From an uncultured bacterium (lineage in GTDB: Bacteria; Acidobacteriota; Thermoanaerobaculia; Multivoradales; JAHZIX01): DNA of 64,000 nt. The stretch covers positions 64,001 through 128,000 of the forward strand of contig CBDUPA010000012.1 of the NCBI GenBank assembly GCA_965368975.1, read 5' to 3'. A program made the translations under genes and the position numbers. Shown here in pieces: positions 18,296-25,980 of this stretch. The notes beneath the pieces are model-generated. The model was not told where the DNA came from. It ran no database searches and was given only the letters and a program-made list of their open reading frames with translations. How positions within the stretch are numbered: the first letter of the stretch is position 1; each line of letters starts with the position of its first letter.

Positions 18296-20152
18296 CTAAG
18301 GGCGCGTGATCGCGCGCAGCAGCCAGGCACCGAGGACCAGGAAGAGGACGGCCGTCCCGGGCTCGGCCCACGCCGGGTCGACGCCGAGGTCGGGCAGGCG
18401 CGGTGCCAGCAGTGCCACGGCCGCCATCAGCAAGCCCAGGCACAGTACGGTGGTGAAGGTGTCGCTGCGCTGCTCGCCGCGGTCGGCGACGCGCAGGTCG
18501 AGGCGCAGGGGGTGGTCGGCTTCGCCGGACAGCAGGTGCAGCAGCCGGTCGAGCTTCTGGGGCATCTCGAGCAGGCCCGAGAGGTTGGCTTCCAGGGCCT
18601 GGCCGAAGACGGCGGGGCCGGCGAACTGGCGCAGTCGTCGTACGCCGGTGAGCCAGTGCAGGTCGTCGAGCGCGCGCCGCAGTGGGTCGCCCGTAGGGTC
18701 GAGATGGCGGCTGTCGGCCGCGCTCTCGAACAAGCCTGTGTAGAGACTGGCGAGGGCTGGTGACGGCTGCAGGCCGAGCTCGCGCAGCAGGCGCCAGTGC
18801 AGCACCAGCAACTCGGCCAGCGTGTCGCGCTTCTCGCTCCAGCCGCCGTCGCGGAAGGGGACGAGCTGGCGCAGGCGCTGGCGCACGCGACGCTCGTCGA
18901 TCTGAGCCTTGCCGCGCGTCGACCCGACGGCGGTCAACTCGCCGGCAATGGCGTCATAGGCCTCTTCCGGCAAGTGGTCGGCGAGCTGCTGCAGGTAGGC
19001 ACAGAGCCGTGGCAAGGCCGCTGTGCCGAGGTGGCAGCAGCGGCCGGCGAGCAGGGCGAGGCGGCCGTCGCGCAGCTCGGCCCACGCGGCGTCGAGGGGG
19101 GCATGACCGGTGACCAGGGCCTGCTGCAGCCAGGCCAGGTGCAGGCGGCGCGCCAGGTCCCGGGCCCGGGGCGAGCTGGCCCGTGATGAGCCAGCCCGTG
19201 ATGAGCCAGCCTGTGATGAGCTAGCCGCGGGCTCGTCCCCGTCGCTCGACGGCGGGCGCAGGTCGAAGTGGGCGACCGGCAGCGCACCCAGGATCAGCAG
19301 GCGCGGGGTGGCGAAGAGCACGCGCGGTACGGCCAGCAGATCCGCGTCCGCCAGTTCGGCGGCCAGCTGGCGCAAGCTGGCACCCTCGGTGCGCAGGTCG
19401 AGGTCTTGTTCGAGGCGCGCCTCGAAGTCGCGCAGCAGGCGTTGGAAGGTGTCCCTGGCTGGGTTTGTGGCCTGGAACACGCTCCACCCGTTCGTTCTGT
19501 CCGCGTCGGTGGGGTCGAGACGCCTGGCGAAGGCGGGCTGCAAGTACTGCAGCTGCGGCAGCTCGTGCTGCGCCGCCGCTGCCAGTCCCGGGCGGCGCAG
19601 CCGCAGCCAGACCTCGACCGCCGTAGCGTCTGTAGCGGTCGCGTCCGCGAGCACGACGCCCGGGTGGAGCCTGGCGCGGTAGTCGTCGCTGCTGCGGCCA
19701 CGGCGCACGGGCTCGGGGTCGAAGTCGGCGAACAGCTCGGCTGCCGGACGCTGCAGCTCGCGCGCGGCTCGTTGCACGGGGTCGCTGTTCGTCGGCGGGA
19801 TGGGTGTTGGTGGTAGGAGTGGCGGGGGCTCGCTCACCGGAACCCGTGCGGCGCGCAGTTGCAGCACGTCGTCGATCGGCAGCACGTCGGGACGCGACCC
19901 CAGGTAGTCGGTGAACAGTTGGAAGGTAGGGCCCAGGTCGCTGGCGGCGTCGATCAGGCGCTGCGCCCAGAGGCCGTCCGCGGCCTGGGAGTCGGTCGGG
20001 TTCGCGTCCGAGGAAGGTGTCGGGGCAGCCCCTCCGAACCAGCCCTGCTGCTCGAACCAGCTCGATCTTTCGAACAGGCCGTGCTGGGCCAGGCAGGCCT
20101 CGACGCGGTGACGAGCGTCGTCGCGGTGCACGCGGTGACCGGCGCGCCTCAC
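18296..20152 (-). CDS. ABC1/UbiB-family pseudokinase with two C-terminal TM helices
   Basis: GTG 20152 overlaps the upstream TGA. LGPTF..YLGSRPDVLP, LRRPG, LDLRTEG and VPRV are retained; VAVK, HADxHxxN and DFG are absent. Confidence 0.72.
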   Translation of the reverse strand: MRRAGHRVHRDDARHRVEACLAQHGLFERSSWFEQQGWFGGAAPTPSSDANPTDSQAADGLWAQRLIDAASDLGPTFQLFTDYLGSRPDVLPIDDVLQLRAARVPVSEPPPLLPPTPIPPTNSDPVQRAARELQRPAAELFADFDPEPVRRGRSSDDYRARLHPGVVLADATATDATAVEVWLRLRRPGLAAAAQHELPQLQYLQPAFARRLDPTDADRTNGWSVFQATNPARDTFQRLLRDFEARLEQDLDLRTEGASLRQLAAELADADLLAVPRVLFATPRLLILGALPVAHFDLRPPSSDGDEPAASSSQAGSSRAGSSRASSPRARDLARRLHLAWLQQALVTGHAPLDAAWAELRDGRLALLAGRCCHLGTAALPRLCAYLQQLADHLPEEAYDAIAGELTAVGSTRGKAQIDERRVRQRLRQLVPFRDGGWSEKRDTLAELLVLHWRLLRELGLQPSPALASLYTGLFESAADSRHLDPTGDPLRRALDDLHWLTGVRRLRQFAGPAVFGQALEANLSGLLEMPQKLDRLLHLLSGEADHPLRLDLRVADRGEQRSDTFTTVLCLGLLMAAVALLAPRLPDLGVDPAWAEPGTAVLFLVLGAWLLRAITRP

Positions 20153-21453
20153 GGTGCACCTCCGCCGACGGTTGCGTCTCGACCTGCTGGCGCGTCCCGA
20201 TCTGCTGGCGCGCCTCGATATGCTGGCGTGCCGCGCTCGCGGGCCGCTCGCGCCAGCTGGACCACCACCGCGCTGGCGCCCGGACCTCTGCCGCCGCTGG
20301 CGCCACCCTCGGCGTGGGCCAGCAGGGCACGCACCGGCTCGATCAGCCGGACGTGCCAGGGGCTCGAGGTGACCGCTGGATGGTCGAGGAAGGCGTCGAC
20401 CTCGGGGCCGGCGGGGGCCAGGCTGCGGCGCAGGAGCAGGGCCGAGGCCACACCCTCGACGAAGGCGGCGTCGACCGCTTCGGGGTCGTGGCGCACGAAA
20501 CGTTCGAGCACGAGAGGTCGCTCCAGGTTGACCAGGGTCGCGGCGTAGGCGATCCCGGCACTGCCGTTGTCGAGCGCCAGGCGATGCGGCGCTTCGTGCC
20601 GCAGGCGGCGCAGGGCGGCGTCGACAGTGCTGTAGCCCGGTAGCAGGTGCAGTGGCAGGAAGTAGAGCGCGCGCCCGACGCCGTGCCAGTAGACGACACT
20701 CACTGACGCTCTCGCGGCTGCCGGGTCCTGGCGCGCCAGCGCATCGCAAGCGCGGCCGAGGTCGGCGGTCAACTCGGGGAAGAAGCAGCGCACGGTGAGA
20801 CCGAGGGCCTCCACCGCCGCGTCCTCGTGCGCGGTCTCGGCGTTGGCCTGGCACAGCGCCAGGAAGTCCTGCAGCACGCGGCGCGCGCCGTCGTCGTCGC
20901 CCGGCTGGAGAGCGGTGCACAGGTGTTCGGCCAGTGCCATGCCCATGCCCAGGTGCGCCATGATCAGGGCGCCGTCGCTCAGCCGCAGGTCGTGCAGCAG
21001 ACCGCGCGGTGCGGGGTCGTGGGCCAGCACGGCGGCGGCGTGGCCGTGACCGAGACCCTCGAGCAGCCAGGGCGCGTGGCTCGAGTCCAGGCCGAGAGCG
21101 TGCTCGGCGGCGACTTCGAAGACCTCGCGGCGCGCGGCCCGTTCATGAGGGCCGAGGCTGCTGCTGGCGCGGCGCACCAGGGTGTAGACCTCGAGCTTGT
21201 CGAGCAGTTCCTGGCGCACGGCGGTGCCGTCGGCGCTGGGGGCCAGGGCGCTCAGGGCGGCGTGGGTGTCGCTGGCCAGGCGCTCGCCGAAGCGGCGCCA
21301 GGTCGTCGCGGACAGGTCGCCGGGCAGCAGGTCGAACCACTCGTTCTGGAAGTCGTCGCCGAGCCGGAAGAGGAGCTGCGGCAGCGGCGCCATGCGCCGG
21401 CGCGCGCGCAGGGAGAAGGCGTCGAGGGCGGCGGCGGCCGTGCGCAGGATCAC
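20149..21453 (-). CDS. Helical hypothetical protein, paralog of 10803-11825 (loosely DUF1702-like)
   Basis: LEGLG, HLGMGMALA, EALGL, WHGVGRALYF, AGIAYAATLVN; GTGA overlaps at both ends. Confidence 0.78.
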   Translation of the reverse strand: MILRTAAAALDAFSLRARRRMAPLPQLLFRLGDDFQNEWFDLLPGDLSATTWRRFGERLASDTHAALSALAPSADGTAVRQELLDKLEVYTLVRRASSSLGPHERAARREVFEVAAEHALGLDSSHAPWLLEGLGHGHAAAVLAHDPAPRGLLHDLRLSDGALIMAHLGMGMALAEHLCTALQPGDDDGARRVLQDFLALCQANAETAHEDAAVEALGLTVRCFFPELTADLGRACDALARQDPAAARASVSVVYWHGVGRALYFLPLHLLPGYSTVDAALRRLRHEAPHRLALDNGSAGIAYAATLVNLERPLVLERFVRHDPEAVDAAFVEGVASALLLRRSLAPAGPEVDAFLDHPAVTSSPWHVRLIEPVRALLAHAEGGASGGRGPGASAVVVQLARAARERGTPAYRGAPADRDAPAGRDATVGGGAP

Positions 21454-23102
21454 GCCAGGCTCCGCAGGTTCGCCGCCAGGGCCAGGGCGGTGGCGGTGGT
21501 GAAGGTGAGGGCGGCGGTGAGCAGGTTGAGGCCGAGCGCCGGGTCGGGCAGGGAGGCGGCGACGGCGGCGCCACCGAGGGTGGCCAGCGCCAGCTGCACG
21601 GCGCGCGTGCGCCGCTGCTTGCCGGGCTGTGACCGCAGGTGGACGCGCACCGGCACGTCACCGGTGTTCAGGCGGTCGAGCAGGCGTGCTCCGCGCGCCG
21701 GGCCGTCGTGCAGCAGCTGCGCCGAGGCGGTGGTCCAGTCGAGCAGAGAATCGCTGCTCAGCAAGCGGCCTCGGTACTGCCAGCGCAGCAGACCGGCGCA
21801 GCGCTCGGCCAGGTAGGCGCTGAGGTCGAAGTCAGGCTCGAAGCGGGTGACCAGGCCGTCGATGGCGATCGAGGAGCGGATGTACTTGATGACGTTGCGC
21901 TCGGGCATGACGTTGGTGCGCCGGGACAGGTGCAGCATTTCGGTCATCACGCGCGTGAAGTTGGCCACCAGGCGTGGCCCGTCGGGGCCGTCGGCATACC
22001 AATCCGCCGACAGCGTGTCGAGGCCGGCCCGGAAGCCCTCGAGGTCGGACCCGTCGTCCCAGATGGTGACGCGCAGGAATTGCTCGTGGAACGTGTCCAT
22101 GTCGCCGCGGGCGAGCGCCAGTGTCATGCGCATCAGGTGGCGGCGGGCGTACTCGTTCATCACGCCGGTGATGCCGAAGTCGATGTAGCCGACCACGTTG
22201 CGGTCCAGAATCATCAAGTTGGCCGGGTGCAAGTCGGCGTGGTAGACGCCCAGCTCGAAAGCGTTGGCCAGGAAGTTGTCGATCACGTGGCTCGCCACCT
22301 GCCGGCGGTCGAACCCGCGGCTGGCCAGGCGGCGCGACAAGACCTCGTCGCCGTGCTCGCGGGCGCGCAGGTAGTCGAGCAGGGTGACGCCGTCCAGGAA
22401 CTCGACCACCAGCGTTCGGCGCGTGGTGTAGCGGTCGTAGACGCGCGGCACGTACTGGCCCGCGCGCCCCTGGATCCGCTGGCGCAGCGTCTCGGAGCAG
22501 CGCGCTTCGTGACGGTAGTCGAGCTCTTCACGCGTCCAGTCGACGAACTCGCGCAGCGGCTCGAGTAGCCAGTACAGCGGCGCCAGGCGCAGCCCACGGA
22601 TGGTGGCCATCAGCGCCAGCATCATGCGGATGTCGCTCTTGAATTCACTGTCGACGTTGGGCCGTTGCACCTTGACCGCGACCTTCTGCCCGTCGAGCCA
22701 GGCGACGTGGACCTGTCCCACCGAGGCGGTGGCCAGCGGTTCGCGCTCGATCGAGTCGAAAACCTCGTCGGGCGCGCGCCCGAGTTCTTCTTCGACGATG
22801 CGCTCGACGTCGTGCCAGCCGAACGGGTCGACCTGGTCGAGCAGCTTGAACAGGGCGTTGCAGTACGCTAGCGGCAGGATGTCCGGTTGCAGGGCCAGCA
22901 TCTGTCCCAGCTTCACGAAGGTACCGCCCAGGTCTTCGAGCGCCAGCCGCAGGCGCTCGGGACCCGGCAAGGACGGCCCCCAGCGGCGCGCCGCCCAGCT
23001 GGGTCCGCGTTGATGCAGCAGGTGCCCTAGGAGATGCGCCAGTCCATGGCGCAGGGCGATGCCGGCGACATGCACGAAGCGGCGCGGGGTGGTGGCACGC
23101 AT
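21450..23102 (-). CDS. ABC1/UbiB/AarF atypical kinase
   Basis: LGGTFVKLGQML, PLATASVGQVH, VAVKVQRP, ELDYRHEA, YHADLHPAN, IDFG; C-terminal hydrophobic helices. Confidence 0.95.
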   Translation of the reverse strand: MRATTPRRFVHVAGIALRHGLAHLLGHLLHQRGPSWAARRWGPSLPGPERLRLALEDLGGTFVKLGQMLALQPDILPLAYCNALFKLLDQVDPFGWHDVERIVEEELGRAPDEVFDSIEREPLATASVGQVHVAWLDGQKVAVKVQRPNVDSEFKSDIRMMLALMATIRGLRLAPLYWLLEPLREFVDWTREELDYRHEARCSETLRQRIQGRAGQYVPRVYDRYTTRRTLVVEFLDGVTLLDYLRAREHGDEVLSRRLASRGFDRRQVASHVIDNFLANAFELGVYHADLHPANLMILDRNVVGYIDFGITGVMNEYARRHLMRMTLALARGDMDTFHEQFLRVTIWDDGSDLEGFRAGLDTLSADWYADGPDGPRLVANFTRVMTEMLHLSRRTNVMPERNVIKYIRSSIAIDGLVTRFEPDFDLSAYLAERCAGLLRWQYRGRLLSSDSLLDWTTASAQLLHDGPARGARLLDRLNTGDVPVRVHLRSQPGKQRRTRAVQLALATLGGAAVAASLPDPALGLNLLTAALTFTTATALALAANLRSLA

Positions 23103-23106
23103 CGTC

Positions 23107-24789
23107 TCAGGCTCCAGCCTGGTCCAGAATGGAGCCGAAGAAGATCGACTTGCGGCGCTCCAGCATCTCGGCGATCGCGGCCTCCATGCGCTGGCGCACT
23201 TCCTGGCTCAGCTGGCGGACCAGCTCGGCGTCGTCGGCAGCGGCGGGGCCCTGCGCGTCGAAGTACTCGGCGACCGGCACGGGTTGCAGAAAGCGGGTGT
23301 GCCACTTGGAGGGCAGGGGCACGGTGCCCATGGTCGGGGTAATGGGCAGGTAGGGCCATTCGCTGAAGCGCTTGAACCAGCTCCAGTCGATGCGGCCGAA
23401 GATCGGGAAGATCTCGGCACTGCCGACGGTGACGAAGGGCACGATCGGTGCGCCGTGGCGTAGCGCCGCCTTGACGAATTCGTCGCGCCCGAAGCGCCCC
23501 AACTTGTAGGCGTCGCGGTAGGGCGTGAAGGCGCCGCGGATGCCCTCGGGAAAGATGGCGAGGAGACCGTCGTTTTCGAGGATGCGGGCGCTGTTGTCGC
23601 GGCAGGCGTGCAGGCCGCCGCAGCGCAGCATGTAGGGCGCCAGGAAGGGAAACTTGACCAGCGTCGGATGGATCAGGAAGCGAGGGTAGCGCTGCAGCTC
23701 GCGCACCAGCAGGTGCAGCATCATGACGCCGTCCCAGGGCTGGTGGCCGCGGTGGACGCCGGCGAGCACCGCGCGCCCGCTGCGCGGCACGTGCTCCAGG
23801 CCCGCGACCTCGATGCGCCACCAGGCGTCGTGCAGGAAGCGGAAGAGCGTCTTGCCCAGGCGGCCGATGTACGCCGGGTCCATGCCGAAGTCGTCGTACC
23901 GGTTGGGCAGCGGCGACGCCGCGGAATTCTGCTGTGGGTCGCCCCGCGGCCCGGCGAAGGTGCGGGCGACCTCGGCGCTGGAGATGGCCGGTTCGACGCC
24001 CAGCTCGCGCCGCAACGTCTCGCCGCCGGCGGTCCAGCTGTGGCGCAGGTAGTCGCTGGCGTCGGCGGAGCGCGGCTGCAGCGGCGACGGCAGGCGACGG
24101 CTACCGGCGTGCCGTAGCGCCTGGCGCAGCGGTACGGCGACCGGCGGCACGACGTGGTAGACACCGTTCTGCCCGCGCTGCACCCGGCGTTCGAGCAAGG
24201 CTTCGAGCGCGGCGGCCAGGTCGTCGAGACTGAGCAGTTGCACGGTCGGGTCGAATCCGACAGGCACGACAGCCCAGCGGCCGGGGTTTCGTCCGCTGAG
24301 CAGACGGGAGACGAGATCGTGGGCACCCGGCACCGGCGTGGGCGCCGGGCGCAGAATGGACAGGCGCGCGTCGGCGGCCGCGGCCAGTTCCGCGGCGCGC
24401 GCTTCCAAGGCCCGCCAGGCGTCGGCGATCGGATTGCGCTTGCGCGCCGCGCCGCGGTACTGCTCGCTCACCAGGCCCGCGTGGTGGTGGCTGGGAGCGT
24501 GGACGGCGGTGCTCGAGATCAGCACCAGGTGGCGCACCCCTGGTGGTAGTTCGTCGCTCGCCAGCGGTCCGCGCTGGCGCGCGGCGTCGAGCACGGCGGG
24601 GTCCCAGCACGGCGGCTGCGCCCACACGAGGGTGCTCGCCTCGGGGACCTCCTGTGTCGCTGCCGACTCGGGCGCAAACCACTGCCAGCTACCGCCCTGC
24701 CGCGCTTCCAGCGCTCGCTGCAGGTGGTCGCGCCAGGCACCACGAGGGGCGCTGATGGCGACCGACGGACCGGCTGTGCCTTGGCTCAT
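23107..24789 (-). CDS. Fusion of a degenerate extended-SDR/epimerase-like domain and an LPLAT/PlsC-DGAT-like acyltransferase
   Basis: N-terminal LVLISSTAVH, ILRPAP, VQLLSLDDLA; C-terminal DDFGMDP, WWRIEVAGLEHVP, VHRGHQPWD (HxxxxxD), IFPEG, APIVP. Confidence 0.88.
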   Translation of the reverse strand: MSQGTAGPSVAISAPRGAWRDHLQRALEARQGGSWQWFAPESAATQEVPEASTLVWAQPPCWDPAVLDAARQRGPLASDELPPGVRHLVLISSTAVHAPSHHHAGLVSEQYRGAARKRNPIADAWRALEARAAELAAAADARLSILRPAPTPVPGAHDLVSRLLSGRNPGRWAVVPVGFDPTVQLLSLDDLAAALEALLERRVQRGQNGVYHVVPPVAVPLRQALRHAGSRRLPSPLQPRSADASDYLRHSWTAGGETLRRELGVEPAISSAEVARTFAGPRGDPQQNSAASPLPNRYDDFGMDPAYIGRLGKTLFRFLHDAWWRIEVAGLEHVPRSGRAVLAGVHRGHQPWDGVMMLHLLVRELQRYPRFLIHPTLVKFPFLAPYMLRCGGLHACRDNSARILENDGLLAIFPEGIRGAFTPYRDAYKLGRFGRDEFVKAALRHGAPIVPFVTVGSAEIFPIFGRIDWSWFKRFSEWPYLPITPTMGTVPLPSKWHTRFLQPVPVAEYFDAQGPAAADDAELVRQLSQEVRQRMEAAIAEMLERRKSIFFGSILDQAGA

Positions 24790-24840
24790 GCGTCGTCTTC
24801 CTCAACTCCCCGGAAGCTGGCCACAGTCTCCAGCTCGCCG

Positions 24841-25146
24841 CTAGGCGGCGCTCTCGGCGGCCATCGCGGGTGCAGCGGCCGTCGCAGGTTCAGCAGTGGA
24901 CGCCGTTCCCGCGTTCTTCAGAATCAGGTCGACGGCATCCTGGATCGTGCGCAACTGCTGCAGCCGTTCCTCCGGCAGCCCCAGCTGGAAGGCGTAGTCG
25001 ATGTCGATGCCGATCTCGAGCAGCGACAGGGAGTCGAGGTCGAGATCGTCGAGAAACGAATCCTGATCGCCGATGGTTTCGGGGTCGATGCTGGTGATGC
25101 TGGCAATGATCTCTTTGACCTTGCTCCGAACTTCAGTTACGTCCAT
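24841..25146 (-). CDS. Acyl carrier protein
   Basis: GAGGAG RBS then ATG 25146; acidic protein with the DLDLDSLSLLEI phosphopantetheine-Ser motif and TIQDAV. Confidence 0.92.
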   Translation of the reverse strand: MDVTEVRSKVKEIIASITSIDPETIGDQDSFLDDLDLDSLSLLEIGIDIDYAFQLGLPEERLQQLRTIQDAVDLILKNAGTASTAEPATAAAPAMAAESAA

Positions 25147-25229
25147 AGCAATTCTCCTCAGCCGGTTCCCGGGCCACATGGCCCACAGCGGGCACTCCGC
25201 AGAAGTCTCTTGCAGAGAAGGTGCTGAAT

Positions 25230-25258
25230 ACTACCAATTGCTGAAGGTTTGTGGTAGT
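25230..25258. promoter_or_regulatory. Inverted repeat ACTACCA-N15-TGGTAGT, candidate operator upstream of the ACP operon
   Basis: Perfect 7-bp dyad in an AT-richer intergenic stretch between the luxR-like gene and ACP. Confidence 0.35.
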
Positions 25259-25347
25259 CGGTTGACGGGATGACGTCGGACCAGGCGTCAGCCAGCCGGT
25301 GGACGCCAACCAGGGGACACCCGCCGCGCGCGCCGCGCGCACTGTGA

Positions 25348-25659
25348 TCACAGCTGTCTCCGGTCGAGTTGCAGGGCCACGGCTACCACCCGCACGACCA
25401 GTTGCACCCGACTATTGACCGCTAGCTTGCGGTAGATGCGTTCGAGATAGGTGTGCACGGTGTGCGGCGAGATACCCAAGTGCTGCGCGATGGTGATCTC
25501 CTTGCCATCGTCGAAGACGCCGCGCACAATCTGGAGCTCCCGCGGCGACAGCGCCAAGATCTCGGCCAACTCGTTCCACTGCGCGATGGAAAAGATCTCG
25601 TGACCCTCTGGCTCCCAAGGCTGCGATGGGTCAGGTAGGACCCTCTGTGCCTTGGCCAT
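25348..25659 (-). CDS. Stand-alone LuxR/GerE-type HTH regulator
   Basis: LSPRELQIV..IAQHLGISPHTVHTYLERIYRKLAVNSRVQL; AGGAGG RBS; no receiver domain. Confidence 0.92.
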   Translation of the reverse strand: MAKAQRVLPDPSQPWEPEGHEIFSIAQWNELAEILALSPRELQIVRGVFDDGKEITIAQHLGISPHTVHTYLERIYRKLAVNSRVQLVVRVVAVALQLDRRQL

Positions 25660-25980
25660 GTCTCCCTCCTCTCGATGCTGCCGACTTAGTTGAGACCAGG
25701 ACCTGCCAAGGAAATAAATATCAGTCTTTCTTTAATCTTATAGCAAGACGGATCTCTGTCGAAGTCCCCCGGCCAGACGTCGGCTCTCCAGGGGGCATTT
25801 GCATGTGGTCGCATCTACTAGATCCGAGCCCACACTGCGGTGCCGGGGGCTGCGCCCTCCGGCCCGGTCCCTCGGCGGATCGAGCGTCGCCCCCAGCGAA
25901 CTGTGTGGACCACATCCCAGACCGTCTCCGCTACAATCCCCTCGACCCTTCGCCACTTTTCGCAACCGGGGGATTGCTGC

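Noticed and set aside
10803-20920. Long Arg/Pro-rich N-terminal extensions in track ORFs 10803-12617, 11822-13528, 13021-14607 and 18296-20920
   Set aside because: They overlap real upstream genes in another frame; starts were reassigned using RBS, (A/G)TGA coupling and paralog alignment.
4146-25146. Classical PKS/NRPS or enediyne cluster
   Set aside because: An ACP and DUF1702-like genes are present, but no ketosynthase, AT, adenylation or thioesterase motifs were seen.
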